A DNA stretch of 64,000 nt from Bacteriovoracaceae bacterium (GTDB lineage Bacteria > Bdellovibrionota > Bacteriovoracia > Bacteriovoracales > Bacteriovoracaceae): assembly GCA_048270185.1 (NCBI GenBank), contig JBLWTJ010000005.1, forward strand, positions 12,136 through 76,135, given 5' to 3'. Both the position numbers and the translations under genes were made by a program. The number at the start of each line of letters is the position of its first letter. The first letter of the stretch is position 1. Below the pieces are notes generated by a model. The model saw only the letters and a list, made by a program, of their open reading frames with translations. It was not told the DNA's origin and ran no database searches. Shown piece after piece: positions 26,745-37,649 of the stretch.

Positions 26745-27140
26745 TTAACTCGCTTTTTCTTTGGCCAAATCATTAGTCATTTTTTCAACTGACTTTAGAA
26801 GATCAGCTCTTTTAAATGGTTTTACTAGAAAGTCCTGGGCACCAGATGAGATGGCCTCAATACAAACGGTTTCAATATCAAGAGATGACATCATAATTAC
26901 TTTAGCATGCATGAAATTATTCACGATAGATTCAGTAAGCTCAAGTCCACTGATCTCTGGCATGATGACATCGATAATGAAAACATCTGGATTAACTTCG
27001 AAAGATAGCTTTAGTGCTTCCTGTGCGTTACTTACACATCCAACAACTTCATATCCTTCTTGTTCTAAGATGTCTTTTATCGATGATCTTGAAAGTTCAG
27101 AGTCATCTACAATCATAATTTTCATATCTTGATTTTCCAT
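26745..27140 (-). CDS. Single-domain response regulator (CheY-like)
   Basis: IMIVDDS, IIDVIMPEISG phospho-Asp, MMSS, FLVKPF. Confidence 0.92.
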   Translation of the reverse strand: MENQDMKIMIVDDSELSRSSIKDILEQEGYEVVGCVSNAQEALKLSFEVNPDVFIIDVIMPEISGLELTESIVNNFMHAKVIMMSSLDIETVCIEAISSGAQDFLVKPFKRADLLKSVEKMTNDLAKEKAS

Positions 27141-27168
27141 ACACTACTCATTTTAAAATATGTTTGTA

Positions 27169-27200
27169 TAAAAAAAAAGAGGGCCATCTAGGCCCTCTTT
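27169..27200 (-). terminator. Rho-independent terminator of lon
   Basis: AGAGGGCC-ATCTA-GGCCCTCT with an A-run on the left (U-tract on the minus strand). Confidence 0.85.
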
Positions 27201-27203
27201 CTA

Positions 27204-29621
27204 TTAAGCAGCGACTGATGTCGTTTTCTTTTCTTGATGTTTTTTGTCCACTTTCTTCTTAAGCGCTCTCTTGTATCCGCTCCAATCAACAAGTGCTATT
27301 TCTAGAACTTCATCAATTGTTTTAACAGGTACAAAGTTAATTTGTTCTCTTAGGTTTTCAGGGATATCAACTAAGTCTTTCTTATTTCCCCATGGGATAA
27401 CAACTGTTGAAATACCCATTCTAAGAGCAGCTAGAGCTTTTTCCTTTAGTCCACCGATTGGAAGAACTTTACCCGTTAGAGTAATTTCTCCAGTCATTGC
27501 AACATCACGGCTTACTGGAACACCTGTACAATTCGATACAAGGGCCGTCGCTAGTGTGATACCTGCAGATGGTCCATCTTTTGGAGTGGCACCAGCTGGT
27601 AAGTGAACGTGAAATTCGTGGTTTTCAAAAATATCTTCATCTATTCCCATGTACTGTGCTCGAGAGCGGATATAGTTAATTGCAGTTTTTGCTGACTCTT
27701 TCATAACGTCACCAAGTTGACCTGTTAGGGTAAGACCCTGTCCTTTCATCTTAGTCGTTTCAATATAGAGAACTTCACCACCATGAGATGTCCAAGCTAG
27801 TCCTGTTGATACACCAACTTCATCTTCTTCTTTGTGATCTTCTTTAACGAAAATTGGTGGCCCAAGGTATTTAACAACAGTGTCTTTAACAATATGTGTT
27901 TTTCCCATATCACCTTTTGCAATTTTCATTGCAACTTTACGGCAAAGAGTACCAATTCTTCTTTCTAAGTTTCTTAGTCCTGCTTCAGAAGTATAGTGCT
28001 CGATTACACTCTCTACACCTTCGTCTGTGAACTTAACGTGATCTGTTGTGATTCCGTTTTCATCCATTTGTTTAGGAATAATATATCTCTTAGAAATTTC
28101 AACTTTTTCTTCTCTTGTGTAACCAGATAGATTGATTACTTCCATACGGTCTCTCAATGGACCAGGAATATTTTCTAGCATATTTGAAGTAGCAATAAAC
28201 ATACAGTTTGAAAGATCAAATGGTACATTTAGGTAGTGATCTCTAAACTCAACATTTTGTTCTGGATCTAGTACTTCAAGAAGAGCTGCAGATGGATCAC
28301 CTTTGTAATCACCTGATAGCTTATCAATTTCATCTAAAAGAACAACAGGGTTATTCGTTTTGGCTTGCTTCATCGCTTGAATAAAACGTCCCGGCATTGC
28401 ACCAACATAAGTTCTTCTGTGTCCTCTAATCTCTGCTTCATCTTTTACACCACCAAGTGAAATTCTTACGAACTCTCTACCTGTTGCACGTGCAATTGAT
28501 TTACCAAGAGAAGTTTTACCAACACCTGGAGGTCCTTGGAAGCAAAGGATTGGTCCTTTCATATCGTCACCTTTTAGTTGTCTAACTGCTAGGTGCTCTA
28601 GGATTCTTTCTTTGATTTGAGTTAGTTCGAAGTGATCTTCATCTAAGATCTCAAGAGCTGAGTTAAGATCAATATGCTCTTCAGACTTCTTATTCCATGG
28701 AAGGTCACACATCCACTCAATATAATTTCTCATAATACTTGCTTCAGACGAATCTGGGTGCATCTTTTCAAGACGTGCAAGTTGCTTTTGTGTTTCTTTT
28801 AATACTTCTTCAGGCATTCCTGCGGCTTCTACTTTTGCTCTGAATTCTGCAAACTCATCTTGTTCTTGAGAATCACCAAGTTCAGACTTGATTGCCTTGA
28901 TTTGTTCTTTTAAAAATACATCTCTCTGATTTGCGCTCTCAGTTGATGTATTAGTTTTCATCTTTTGTTGCATCATTAAAATTTCAAGCTCACGATTTAA
29001 AATATCGTTGATAGCGTGAAGACGATCAACTGGATCGAGAGTCTCAAGAATTGATTGAGCTTCTGATACGTGAAGGTTTAGGTTTGATGCAATTAAGTCT
29101 GCAAGTCTTGAAGGATCTGTAATATCTTCAAGAACCATTAGAATATCTGGAGAAAGAACTTTTCCAAGTTGAATAACTTTTTCAAGTTGTTCCTTGATTG
29201 TTCTCATCAGTGCTGTCGTTGCAATATTTGAATTGTCAGCTATAACATCTTCAACTTTCTCTACTTTAGTAACATAGAAAGGATTTTGCTGTTCAAAAGA
29301 AGTGATTCTTGCTTTTGAAAGACCTTGAACAAGAATTTTAATTCTTCCGTCAGGAAGTTTTCTCATTCTCATGATCATGGCAACTGTACCAAGTTCATAA
29401 ATCTCTTCTGGAGCTGGATGCTCTGCTACGATATCTTTTTGACTTGAAAGTAGAATAAGTCGATCTGAATGATTGATAGCGTGATCGATTGCTTTAATCG
29501 ATGCTTCTCTACCAACAAATAGAGGCAAAATCATAAATGGATAAATAACTAAATCTCTAATTGGTAAGAGGGCCAATTCTTCCTTAAACTCAATGTTCTC
29601 ACCCTCGTAATTTGTAACCAT
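27204..29621 (-). CDS. lon: ATP-dependent protease La (LonA)
   Basis: LPIRDLVIYP N-domain, GPPGVGKT, LLDEIDK, DGPSAG catalytic Ser, GGLKEK. Start ATG 29621 after GGAGGA. Confidence 0.96.
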   Translation of the reverse strand: MVTNYEGENIEFKEELALLPIRDLVIYPFMILPLFVGREASIKAIDHAINHSDRLILLSSQKDIVAEHPAPEEIYELGTVAMIMRMRKLPDGRIKILVQGLSKARITSFEQQNPFYVTKVEKVEDVIADNSNIATTALMRTIKEQLEKVIQLGKVLSPDILMVLEDITDPSRLADLIASNLNLHVSEAQSILETLDPVDRLHAINDILNRELEILMMQQKMKTNTSTESANQRDVFLKEQIKAIKSELGDSQEQDEFAEFRAKVEAAGMPEEVLKETQKQLARLEKMHPDSSEASIMRNYIEWMCDLPWNKKSEEHIDLNSALEILDEDHFELTQIKERILEHLAVRQLKGDDMKGPILCFQGPPGVGKTSLGKSIARATGREFVRISLGGVKDEAEIRGHRRTYVGAMPGRFIQAMKQAKTNNPVVLLDEIDKLSGDYKGDPSAALLEVLDPEQNVEFRDHYLNVPFDLSNCMFIATSNMLENIPGPLRDRMEVINLSGYTREEKVEISKRYIIPKQMDENGITTDHVKFTDEGVESVIEHYTSEAGLRNLERRIGTLCRKVAMKIAKGDMGKTHIVKDTVVKYLGPPIFVKEDHKEEDEVGVSTGLAWTSHGGEVLYIETTKMKGQGLTLTGQLGDVMKESAKTAINYIRSRAQYMGIDEDIFENHEFHVHLPAGATPKDGPSAGITLATALVSNCTGVPVSRDVAMTGEITLTGKVLPIGGLKEKALAALRMGISTVVIPWGNKKDLVDIPENLREQINFVPVKTIDEVLEIALVDWSGYKRALKKKVDKKHQEKKTTSVAA

Positions 29622-29671
29622 AAATCTTTCCTCCACAGGTCGGCGCAAAATAGGCAATTTGTTCTTAATTA

Positions 29672-29698
29672 ACATCGGGCAATAAAAAAAACTCTTTA
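29672..29698 (-). promoter_or_regulatory. Sigma28-like promoter upstream of lon
   Basis: Minus strand TAAA-N15-CCCGATGT. Confidence 0.4.
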
Positions 29699-29826
29699 AT
29701 AAAATCACCAAAAATGCGTGATTTTTTTGAGTTTTTTAACTGATTTTTTTGCTATGATTTAGTTAATGTGTTGTAATTGCATAGAGTGAAAATGGACCGT
29801 TATAGTCGGTTATTAGGAGTTTATTT

Positions 29827-31239
29827 ATGTCTAAAAATTTAACTACGTCTTCGTCTTTGGCTTCAAATAAGAAGGTGGCCATCGTTGTTCTTGCCGCAGG
29901 TAAGGGAACAAGACTAAAAATGGACATCCCTAAGCCACTTGCTCCTCTCCACCAAAATACTTTAGTCGATTATGTCATCGAAACATTTAAAGATTTTGGA
30001 GATATCACTCTGGTAACAGGTCATCAACGTGAACTTGTTGAAGAGCACGTCAATAATAGCTTTGAAGGAATTAATTACGTCTATCAAAAAGAGCAACTTG
30101 GAACAGGTCATGCCGTTCAAACATACCTTAAAGATTTTGAACACTCTCGTGGCTACGACTACACAATTGTGACTTGTGCAGATACTCCACTAATTACAAA
30201 AGATACGATCAACGCTCTTATTGAAGAAATTGAAAAAGGCTCAAATGCAGTATGTGCTACATTTACGGCAAATAACCCAACTGGCTATGGACGCATTATT
30301 CGTAAGGGCACGGGCTTTCAGATTGTTGAAGAAAAAGATGCCACAGATGATCAGAGAACTGTAACAGAAGTTAACTCGGGACTCTATATTTTTAAAACTC
30401 TATATCTGATGGATCATATTTTTAATCTTTCAGATAATAATAAATCAGGAGAATTCTATCTAACTGATACATTTAGTCCAGAAGCTAATGTAACTCCTTT
30501 ATTATTTGAGGAAGAGCAAGAGTTTCTAGGAGTCAATAATCTCGTTCAACTATCGCAAGCTGATATATTTCTAAGACGCTCAATTGCTCGCTATCTAATG
30601 CTAGAGGTAGGAGTACGATTTAGTGATCCTTCTCATACATATTGTTATTCTAAAAATATTGGTCAAGGAACACATCTTTTTCAAAATGCATTCATCGATG
30701 ACAAAACAGTTATTGGAAAAAATGTCGTGATCGAACAAGGTGTGACAATAAAAAATTCAATAATTGAAGATGGAGCAATCATTAAGGCCAATTCATATAT
30801 CACTGATTCAAAAGTTTCAAAAGGAGCTTCAATTGGACCAATGGCACAGCTTCGTCCTGGTAGTGATATTGGAGAAGGTGCAAAAATCGGAAATTTTGTT
30901 GAAATTAAAAAATCAAAAATTGGTAAGAAGTCAGCAGTCTCTCACTTAAGTTATGCTGGTGACGCAGAAATTGGCGATGGTGTTAATATCGGTTGTGGAT
31001 TCATCACTTGTAATTATGATGGAGCGAATAAGAGTAAGACAATTATCGGTGATGGCTCCTTTATTGGATCAGATACACAAATGATTGCACCAATTGAAAT
31101 TGGAAAAGAATGCTATGTTGCATCAGGCTCAACGATAAATAAGAGTATGCCAGATGGATCTTTTGCGATTGCCAGAGGGCGTCAAGAGACGAAAGAGGGT
31201 ATGGCAAGGCGTTTCATAAAGAAAAAAACTGATAAATAA
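29827..31239 (+). CDS. glmU: Bifunctional UDP-GlcNAc pyrophosphorylase / GlcN-1-P acetyltransferase
   Basis: LAAGKGTR, QLGTGHAV, EFYLTD, GNFVEIK, HLSYAGDA, CNYDG, hexapeptide repeats. Confidence 0.95.
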   Translation: MSKNLTTSSSLASNKKVAIVVLAAGKGTRLKMDIPKPLAPLHQNTLVDYVIETFKDFGDITLVTGHQRELVEEHVNNSFEGINYVYQKEQLGTGHAVQTYLKDFEHSRGYDYTIVTCADTPLITKDTINALIEEIEKGSNAVCATFTANNPTGYGRIIRKGTGFQIVEEKDATDDQRTVTEVNSGLYIFKTLYLMDHIFNLSDNNKSGEFYLTDTFSPEANVTPLLFEEEQEFLGVNNLVQLSQADIFLRRSIARYLMLEVGVRFSDPSHTYCYSKNIGQGTHLFQNAFIDDKTVIGKNVVIEQGVTIKNSIIEDGAIIKANSYITDSKVSKGASIGPMAQLRPGSDIGEGAKIGNFVEIKKSKIGKKSAVSHLSYAGDAEIGDGVNIGCGFITCNYDGANKSKTIIGDGSFIGSDTQMIAPIEIGKECYVASGSTINKSMPDGSFAIARGRQETKEGMARRFIKKKTDK

Positions 31240-31320
31240 CTGACATAAAATTTTAATTTCGCCTGCAAAATGGTATCTTTCTTAGATTAGTATTTTAATT
31301 ACACATATAAGGAAGTGACT

Positions 31321-33150
31321 ATGTGCGGAATTGTCGGCCATTTAGGGCCATCAAATTCAGTTGATGTTGTACTCGAGGGGCTAAGAAGATTAGAGTATCG
31401 AGGATATGACTCTGCTGGAGTTAGCTTTATCAGTAAGAATGACGAACTTTTAGTTTATAAAAAAGAAGGTAAAATTCAAAACCTTGAAAATGAACTTGAA
31501 GGGAAAGATATTCACGCTCGCTCTTGTATTGGGCATACTCGTTGGGCCACGCATGGTGGTGTAACAGACTATAATGCTCACCCACACGTATCGACAAAAG
31601 ATGGTATTGCAATGGTTCACAATGGAATTATTGAAAATGCTAACGAAATTAGGAATGAGCTTAAAGAACAAGGTATCTATTTTGAATCGGAAACAGATTC
31701 TGAAACATTCTTAGGACTTTTAATTTTTCATAAGCGTCAGGGTACTCCAATAAAAGAAGCTGTTATTAAGTCTTTCGAGCGTATCGAAGGGTTCTCTGCA
31801 TTTGTTGTTCTAAATCGTGAAACAGATGAAATCTTTGCAATCAAAAAAGGTGCACCACTAGTCTGTGGAAGTAATGATGTAAATTCTGAGGTTTTTGTTT
31901 CAAGCGATCCTTATGCGCTAGCTGGTATGGCAACAAGAATTTACTTCCCAGAGGATAATGTTCTTTGTCACTTAAGTGTAAAAAATAATCAACTATTAAA
32001 CTTCTACGAATTAAATGGTGAAAAAACTCATCGTTATATGTCTAAAGAGCAAACGATTGATCACGATCCGGCTTCAAAGGGTGAATTTGAGCACTTCATG
32101 CTTAAAGAGATTCATGAGCAGCCAGAGCTTATTAGATCACTTACTCAGTACTACTTTCAAGGTGAAGGGAAAGAGAGCTTAGAGGCAGCAACAAAGTTAC
32201 CAATGGATGCCATTAGTATTACTGCTTGTGGAACTGCCTACTATGCTGGTCTTGTAATTAAAGATTACTTTGAGTCTCAAAATCGAATTAGATGCTTTGC
32301 TGAAGTAGCTAGTGAATTCCGCTATCGCAATCCAATCCTAAATAATAATGAACTTGCCATGTTCATCTCACAGTCGGGTGAAACAGCAGATACTCTTGCG
32401 GCCCAAACAATGTGTAAAGAGAATGGATTAAAATCACTTTCAATTGTAAATACTGAAGGCTCAACTCTCTATCGTGATTGTGATGTAAACCTTATGATCC
32501 GTGCCGGTGTTGAAATTGGTGTTGCTTCAACTAAAGCGTTTACTCAACAAGTTCTCACAGGAAAAACTCTTTCAGAAGTTATTGCTGCAGGTGGAATGAC
32601 TGATGATCTAAGAAACTCACTAGCGTCTCGTTATAGTCTTCTTGCAGAACGTGTTGAAGGACTTCTGACAAATACAAAACCAATTAAACAAGTTGCAGAT
32701 GCAATCTATAAGCATAAAGGATTCTTCTATACTGGTCGTGGGGCATTCTTTCCTGTGGCGTTAGAGGGGGCACTAAAGCTTAAAGAAATTGCTTATGTTC
32801 ACGCTGAAGGTTATGCCTCTGGTGAGTTGAAGCACGGGCCAATTGCTCTTATTGATGAAGAGAAAGTAAATATCGCTCTTGTTGGTGAAGATCTTTATGA
32901 GAAAACAGTTTCTAATATCCAAGAGATTAAAGCTCGAAAAGGGCTAATTGTTTCAATCGGACCTAAGAATAAAGAAGATCTGAGAGAAATTTCTGATCAC
33001 TATATTGAATTAGATTTTGATGGGCTAGGTGATCTTGCTCCACTTTATGCAAACGTAGTAAATCAATTGCTTGCATATTATATCGCAAAGAATCTAGGGA
33101 CAGATATTGATAAGCCAAGAAACTTAGCAAAATCAGTTACAGTAGAATAA
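31321..33150 (+). CDS. glmS: Glutamine-fructose-6-phosphate transaminase
   Basis: MCGIVG, EYRGYDSAG, GHTRWATHG, SQSGETAD, DKPRNLAKSVTVE. Confidence 0.97.
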   Translation: MCGIVGHLGPSNSVDVVLEGLRRLEYRGYDSAGVSFISKNDELLVYKKEGKIQNLENELEGKDIHARSCIGHTRWATHGGVTDYNAHPHVSTKDGIAMVHNGIIENANEIRNELKEQGIYFESETDSETFLGLLIFHKRQGTPIKEAVIKSFERIEGFSAFVVLNRETDEIFAIKKGAPLVCGSNDVNSEVFVSSDPYALAGMATRIYFPEDNVLCHLSVKNNQLLNFYELNGEKTHRYMSKEQTIDHDPASKGEFEHFMLKEIHEQPELIRSLTQYYFQGEGKESLEAATKLPMDAISITACGTAYYAGLVIKDYFESQNRIRCFAEVASEFRYRNPILNNNELAMFISQSGETADTLAAQTMCKENGLKSLSIVNTEGSTLYRDCDVNLMIRAGVEIGVASTKAFTQQVLTGKTLSEVIAAGGMTDDLRNSLASRYSLLAERVEGLLTNTKPIKQVADAIYKHKGFFYTGRGAFFPVALEGALKLKEIAYVHAEGYASGELKHGPIALIDEEKVNIALVGEDLYEKTVSNIQEIKARKGLIVSIGPKNKEDLREISDHYIELDFDGLGDLAPLYANVVNQLLAYYIAKNLGTDIDKPRNLAKSVTVE

Positions 33151-33167
33151 AAGAAATAGGAAGGTAG

Positions 33168-35405
33168 ATGAAGTTAGACCATCTCAATATTCAACAACGC
33201 CAAGCTGTTAAGGAAATTAACGGGCCAATGATGATTCTTGCTGGTGCAGGATCGGGAAAAACGAGAACTCTTGTTACAAAGATAGCTTATCTTTTAGAAG
33301 AAAAGAATATTTCTCCTTTTCAAATGTTGGCCCTAACATTTTCTAATAAAGCAGCAAAGGAAATGCGCGACCGAGTAAGTCGAGATGTTAGTTGTGATAT
33401 TGGTGCTCTTCAGATTACTACTTTCCACTCATTCTGTGCTCGACTTCTTCGTTCAGAAGCTCAGTATTTGGGACTGAGTCGAAATTTTACAATCTATGAT
33501 ACGGCAGAACAAAAGAGTGTCGTTAAGGCGATCTTAAATCGTCGTGGAATTTCAACAAAGGAAACATCTCCATTTGAAGTTCTATACTTTATTGAAGATT
33601 TAAAAAACCAAGGACACTATCCTGATCGTGATTTAAGCGATAAGGATTATGAAGTTGAAAGTGATGATATCTTCTACGATATGTACTTGGACTATGAAAA
33701 AGAATTACACAAGGCCAATGCAACTGACTTTGGTGGATTAATTAGTGGTGTAATTCAATTATTTGAAAAATTTCCAGAAGTACTAGAGAGATACCAAGAT
33801 CGTTTTCGCTATATTTTAGTAGACGAGTATCAAGATACAAACCGTGCTCAATTTGACCTTGTAACAAAAATTGCACAAAAGCGTCGTAATATCTGTGTCG
33901 TTGGAGATGAAGATCAGTCTATCTATTCTTGGCGAGGTGCCGATATTAGAAATATTTTAGATTTTGAAGAAGTCTACAGTGATGCTCAAATTTTAAAGTT
34001 AGAGCAAAACTATCGTTCTTCAAAAAATATTATCGAAGCTGCTGGAGCTGTCATTAGTCGTAATACCCAAAGAAAGGGTAAGAGTATGTGGACTGATAAT
34101 CCAGAAGGTGAGTCGATTGAAATTGTAGAGTGTGGTAGTGATAGAGAGGAAGCAGACTTTGTCGCTGAAAAACTAATCGCCCATCATCAAGATGATAATA
34201 TCAACTATGATGAAATGGCCGTATTCTACAGAACGAATTCTCAGTCACGTCAGATTGAAGATGCATTAAGAAAATCAAATATTCCTTATCGTGTTGTTGG
34301 TGGAATCAAATTCTACGAACGAAAAGAAATCAAGGATATGATTGCTTATATTAGACTTCTTGTTAATGACAAGGACTCACTCGCTCTAAGTCGTATTATC
34401 AATGTTCCAACTCGAGGTATTGGTGCGACAACTTTAAGAAAAATTGAAGAAGAAGCAATTAAAACGGATAGTACACTTTGGGAAGTCGTGAATCGAATCA
34501 TTGATAACCCAGAAGACTTTAAACATATCAGACTTTCTTCAAGAGTTAAGTCGTCCTTATCTGGTTTTGTTAATTTACTGACAGAAGCAAAGGTAGCTCA
34601 CGATGAAGGTGAGTCACTTGAAACAGTTTATGAAAAGCTTCTTTATGAATCAGGTTATTGGGAAATGCTCCGTGCTGCAAAAGACTATGAATCACAAGCA
34701 CGAATGGAGAACTTAGAAGAGCTCGGAAGTGCCTTCACTCAATTTGAAGATGCAAATCCAAACGCGCGCTTTGGTGCTTTCCTTGAAACAATCACTCTTG
34801 ATAACTCTGTTATTGGACAGGAAGAAGAAAATCAAGGTGAAGTCTCTCTAATGACAATTCACGGAGCCAAGGGGCTTGAGTTTGAATACGTATTTGTAAC
34901 AGGTGTTGAAGAAACAGTTTTTCCAAGCTACCAGTCTATGGAGAATGGTGATACCGCAATTGAAGAAGAAAGACGTTTATTCTATGTTGCTATGACAAGA
35001 GCAATGAAGAGACTCTACATTACATTTGCACAAGGGCGTATGCTATTTGGGCAGTTAAGATTTAACGGCTTTAGCCGTTTCATTCAGGAAATACCTAATA
35101 AGTTTTATATTTGGACTAAGCTTAGAGGTGGCCGTCAAAACCATCCTCAAGATGATTGGGACGACGCTATTGACCCCGTCTATGACGATGAACCAGTATA
35201 TCGTGTTGAAAAAAGTCCAAGTGTAACGACAACAGTTAAAAAAGCTACGTATCCAAAAGGATCGAAAATTGTTCACTCACTCTACGGAGAAGGAACGGTA
35301 CTTGAATGTATTGGTCCAACAGGAGATGAGAAAGTAACAATCAAATTTAATGATGGTGCACAAAAAAAGTTTATGGCGAAGTTTGCACCACTGACTTTAA
35401 TTTAA
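33168..35405 (+). CDS. pcrA: PcrA/UvrD superfamily 1 DNA helicase
   Basis: AGAGSGKT, VDEYQDTN, VGDEDQSIYSWRGA, EEERRLFYVAMTRA, C-terminal Tudor-like domain. Confidence 0.92.
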   Translation: MKLDHLNIQQRQAVKEINGPMMILAGAGSGKTRTLVTKIAYLLEEKNISPFQMLALTFSNKAAKEMRDRVSRDVSCDIGALQITTFHSFCARLLRSEAQYLGLSRNFTIYDTAEQKSVVKAILNRRGISTKETSPFEVLYFIEDLKNQGHYPDRDLSDKDYEVESDDIFYDMYLDYEKELHKANATDFGGLISGVIQLFEKFPEVLERYQDRFRYILVDEYQDTNRAQFDLVTKIAQKRRNICVVGDEDQSIYSWRGADIRNILDFEEVYSDAQILKLEQNYRSSKNIIEAAGAVISRNTQRKGKSMWTDNPEGESIEIVECGSDREEADFVAEKLIAHHQDDNINYDEMAVFYRTNSQSRQIEDALRKSNIPYRVVGGIKFYERKEIKDMIAYIRLLVNDKDSLALSRIINVPTRGIGATTLRKIEEEAIKTDSTLWEVVNRIIDNPEDFKHIRLSSRVKSSLSGFVNLLTEAKVAHDEGESLETVYEKLLYESGYWEMLRAAKDYESQARMENLEELGSAFTQFEDANPNARFGAFLETITLDNSVIGQEEENQGEVSLMTIHGAKGLEFEYVFVTGVEETVFPSYQSMENGDTAIEEERRLFYVAMTRAMKRLYITFAQGRMLFGQLRFNGFSRFIQEIPNKFYIWTKLRGGRQNHPQDDWDDAIDPVYDDEPVYRVEKSPSVTTTVKKATYPKGSKIVHSLYGEGTVLECIGPTGDEKVTIKFNDGAQKKFMAKFAPLTLI

Positions 35406-35423
35406 AATACCATTGGAGGGTAT

Positions 35424-37649
35424 GTGAAAACTAAGTCACCGTTAAAGATAATTTTTGCATTTCTTGGTTTAGTTATTTTAATGTCTGCAATTGTTCTTGT
35501 TGTGGCCAAGAAAAATCTAAAACCAGAAATGATAAGGACCGCCTTTACTGAGCAACTTCAAAAAGCACTTCCAAATGCTGAAGTGATAACTCAGTCCCTC
35601 GATTATTCTTTGGGGGTAAGCTCTAAAGTGAATATCCGTAAGGTTGAGATACTCTATCCTCATGGTGGACGTAAACTACCTTTAACGTCATTTGATAACC
35701 TTCAGATTGAAGTACCATTTTGGACTATGCTACTTGGTTATGGCACGATCAATATTAATATTGACTCACCTAAATTAAGTTTCATTCAGTTAAAGAAAGG
35801 CTCTAACTGGGAAAATGCTAGGGAGTTGAAGAAAGTCGTTAGTTTTAGTGAAAAGAAAAAGCCAAAATCATCGACACCTAAAGATGAGAATAGCTCTGGA
35901 TCATTGGCAGTTCTAGGTTTTTTTGCTGACGCGACTTTAAATCTAAATGTTACAAATATTAATGCCAATTACTCTCTGACTGATGGGGATAATGGTGAAG
36001 TTAAAATTAATAAATTAGCAGTACACGATATTGGATTAAATACCACAACAGTAGTAGAGCTTAAGTCGACATTTAATCTATTTAAAGGAAGACCTAATCA
36101 GACATCGTTTGACTTTCTAATCATTGGAGAGACGAAGCTAGAAAACTGGCTTAAAGATCAAACGCTCTTATATAATGCAGAAATTTCAATTAATAAGATT
36201 AAATCAAAGTCATTAATTAAAGAAATAAAATCAATTCTTATTAATGTGGATGGTGGAATCAAAAAGAAATTAATCGACTCAGCAATTAGTGTTTCATTAG
36301 AGGAACATCAATTTATGAAGTCTAAGCTAAGTTATGATATGGCCAAATCACAGTTTAGATTACATCAGATCAATCTTGATGCTGATTTGAATAATCTATT
36401 AGCATTTATAGTCAACATTGCCGACTATGGGGCAAAGATTAAGACTGGACGATTAAAACTAGAAGGGGCCATTTCTTCACAGAATGGTAAGTTAACACCA
36501 GATTTAACTACGACAATAAATTCAGACCTAGAAGTTCTTGGTGAAAGCCTAAAAGTTACAGTTAAGAATAATTTGAATAAAAAACAAATACGTTCTGCAA
36601 TTGAAATAAACGCATTTGATGGGGAAATCAAAATAGGTCAATCGACTCCTTTTATCCTTGGTGTCGATCGATTCGATTATTTAAAAACTTCAACAGTTAA
36701 TATGTTTATTAAAGATGTCGTTATTCCAACGGCTTTTAAAAATTCAATGCCTAAGACTAAAGCTATTGAAGAGACTCCATCTACAGATGAAGAAAGTAAA
36801 ACAATAAGTAACACTGAGGGAGAAATCTTCTCTAAGTTCCCAGTTAAATCAAAGATTAGATTTTCAAATACGATGCTTGGGCAAGCACCTCTTAATGGAC
36901 AGATTTTCTTTAGTGTAAATCGTAAGAAAATGAATATTAGTTCAAATAAATTAAAGCTTGGAACGGCTCCATTAAATATTAAGCTTAGTTCTAAAATTGA
37001 AAAAAATAAAACACAGACGGTAATTGATTCAAACTTTACCGGGGTCGATATTAGCTCAACAGCACTCTTTGTTCCCGATCAGCTAATTAAGTCGATTAGT
37101 GGAAAGGCTACTGGTTCTGTCGTTGGTAAAACTCAGGGCAATGAGTATGACTTCAATGTAAAGCTCATTGTAGATGAAGCGAAATTTGATAAGATTAATC
37201 TATCAAAGATTGTGGGTAATCTATTTGATAAGATTAAAAAATACACCAAGAAAGAAATTACAGTAAATGGCGAGATTAACAAAATCTCATTTGAAGGTCA
37301 TTTAGATGATCGTCAGCATTTATTTAAAAATTATCAAGTGGTACTTGATAATGGAGACTTTGTTCTTGATGGTAAGGGAAAGATTGATTTCAAGACAAAT
37401 GGTGAATTACTTGGAAACGTCATTATAAATGAAAAAGAAATTAAGCATGATCTTGAAAGAGATTATGGTACATCTCATATCCCATTTCGTTTAGAAGGTG
37501 TGGGGTATAATCTATCAAGTGATTATCAATACACAATTGAAGAGGTCGCCAAAAGTGCATCTAAAAACTTAATTAAGAAAGAATCACAAAAGATTCTTGA
37601 TAAGAATAAGAAAAAAGTTAAGAAGTTGTTTAAAGGTTTATTTCAATGA
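35424..37649 (+). CDS. AsmA-like protein
   Basis: N-terminal TM anchor, long beta-rich body, IPFRLEG near the C-terminus. Confidence 0.6.
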   Translation: MKTKSPLKIIFAFLGLVILMSAIVLVVAKKNLKPEMIRTAFTEQLQKALPNAEVITQSLDYSLGVSSKVNIRKVEILYPHGGRKLPLTSFDNLQIEVPFWTMLLGYGTININIDSPKLSFIQLKKGSNWENARELKKVVSFSEKKKPKSSTPKDENSSGSLAVLGFFADATLNLNVTNINANYSLTDGDNGEVKINKLAVHDIGLNTTTVVELKSTFNLFKGRPNQTSFDFLIIGETKLENWLKDQTLLYNAEISINKIKSKSLIKEIKSILINVDGGIKKKLIDSAISVSLEEHQFMKSKLSYDMAKSQFRLHQINLDADLNNLLAFIVNIADYGAKIKTGRLKLEGAISSQNGKLTPDLTTTINSDLEVLGESLKVTVKNNLNKKQIRSAIEINAFDGEIKIGQSTPFILGVDRFDYLKTSTVNMFIKDVVIPTAFKNSMPKTKAIEETPSTDEESKTISNTEGEIFSKFPVKSKIRFSNTMLGQAPLNGQIFFSVNRKKMNISSNKLKLGTAPLNIKLSSKIEKNKTQTVIDSNFTGVDISSTALFVPDQLIKSISGKATGSVVGKTQGNEYDFNVKLIVDEAKFDKINLSKIVGNLFDKIKKYTKKEITVNGEINKISFEGHLDDRQHLFKNYQVVLDNGDFVLDGKGKIDFKTNGELLGNVIINEKEIKHDLERDYGTSHIPFRLEGVGYNLSSDYQYTIEEVAKSASKNLIKKESQKILDKNKKKVKKLFKGLFQ

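Noticed and set aside
26761..27606. Plus-strand ORFs 26761..27132 and 27244..27606
   Set aside because: Antisense shadows of the receiver gene and lon.
31240..31320. Possible glmS ribozyme upstream of glmS
   Set aside because: The spacer is only ~80 nt, AT-rich, and lacks the AGCGCC..GACGAGG core.
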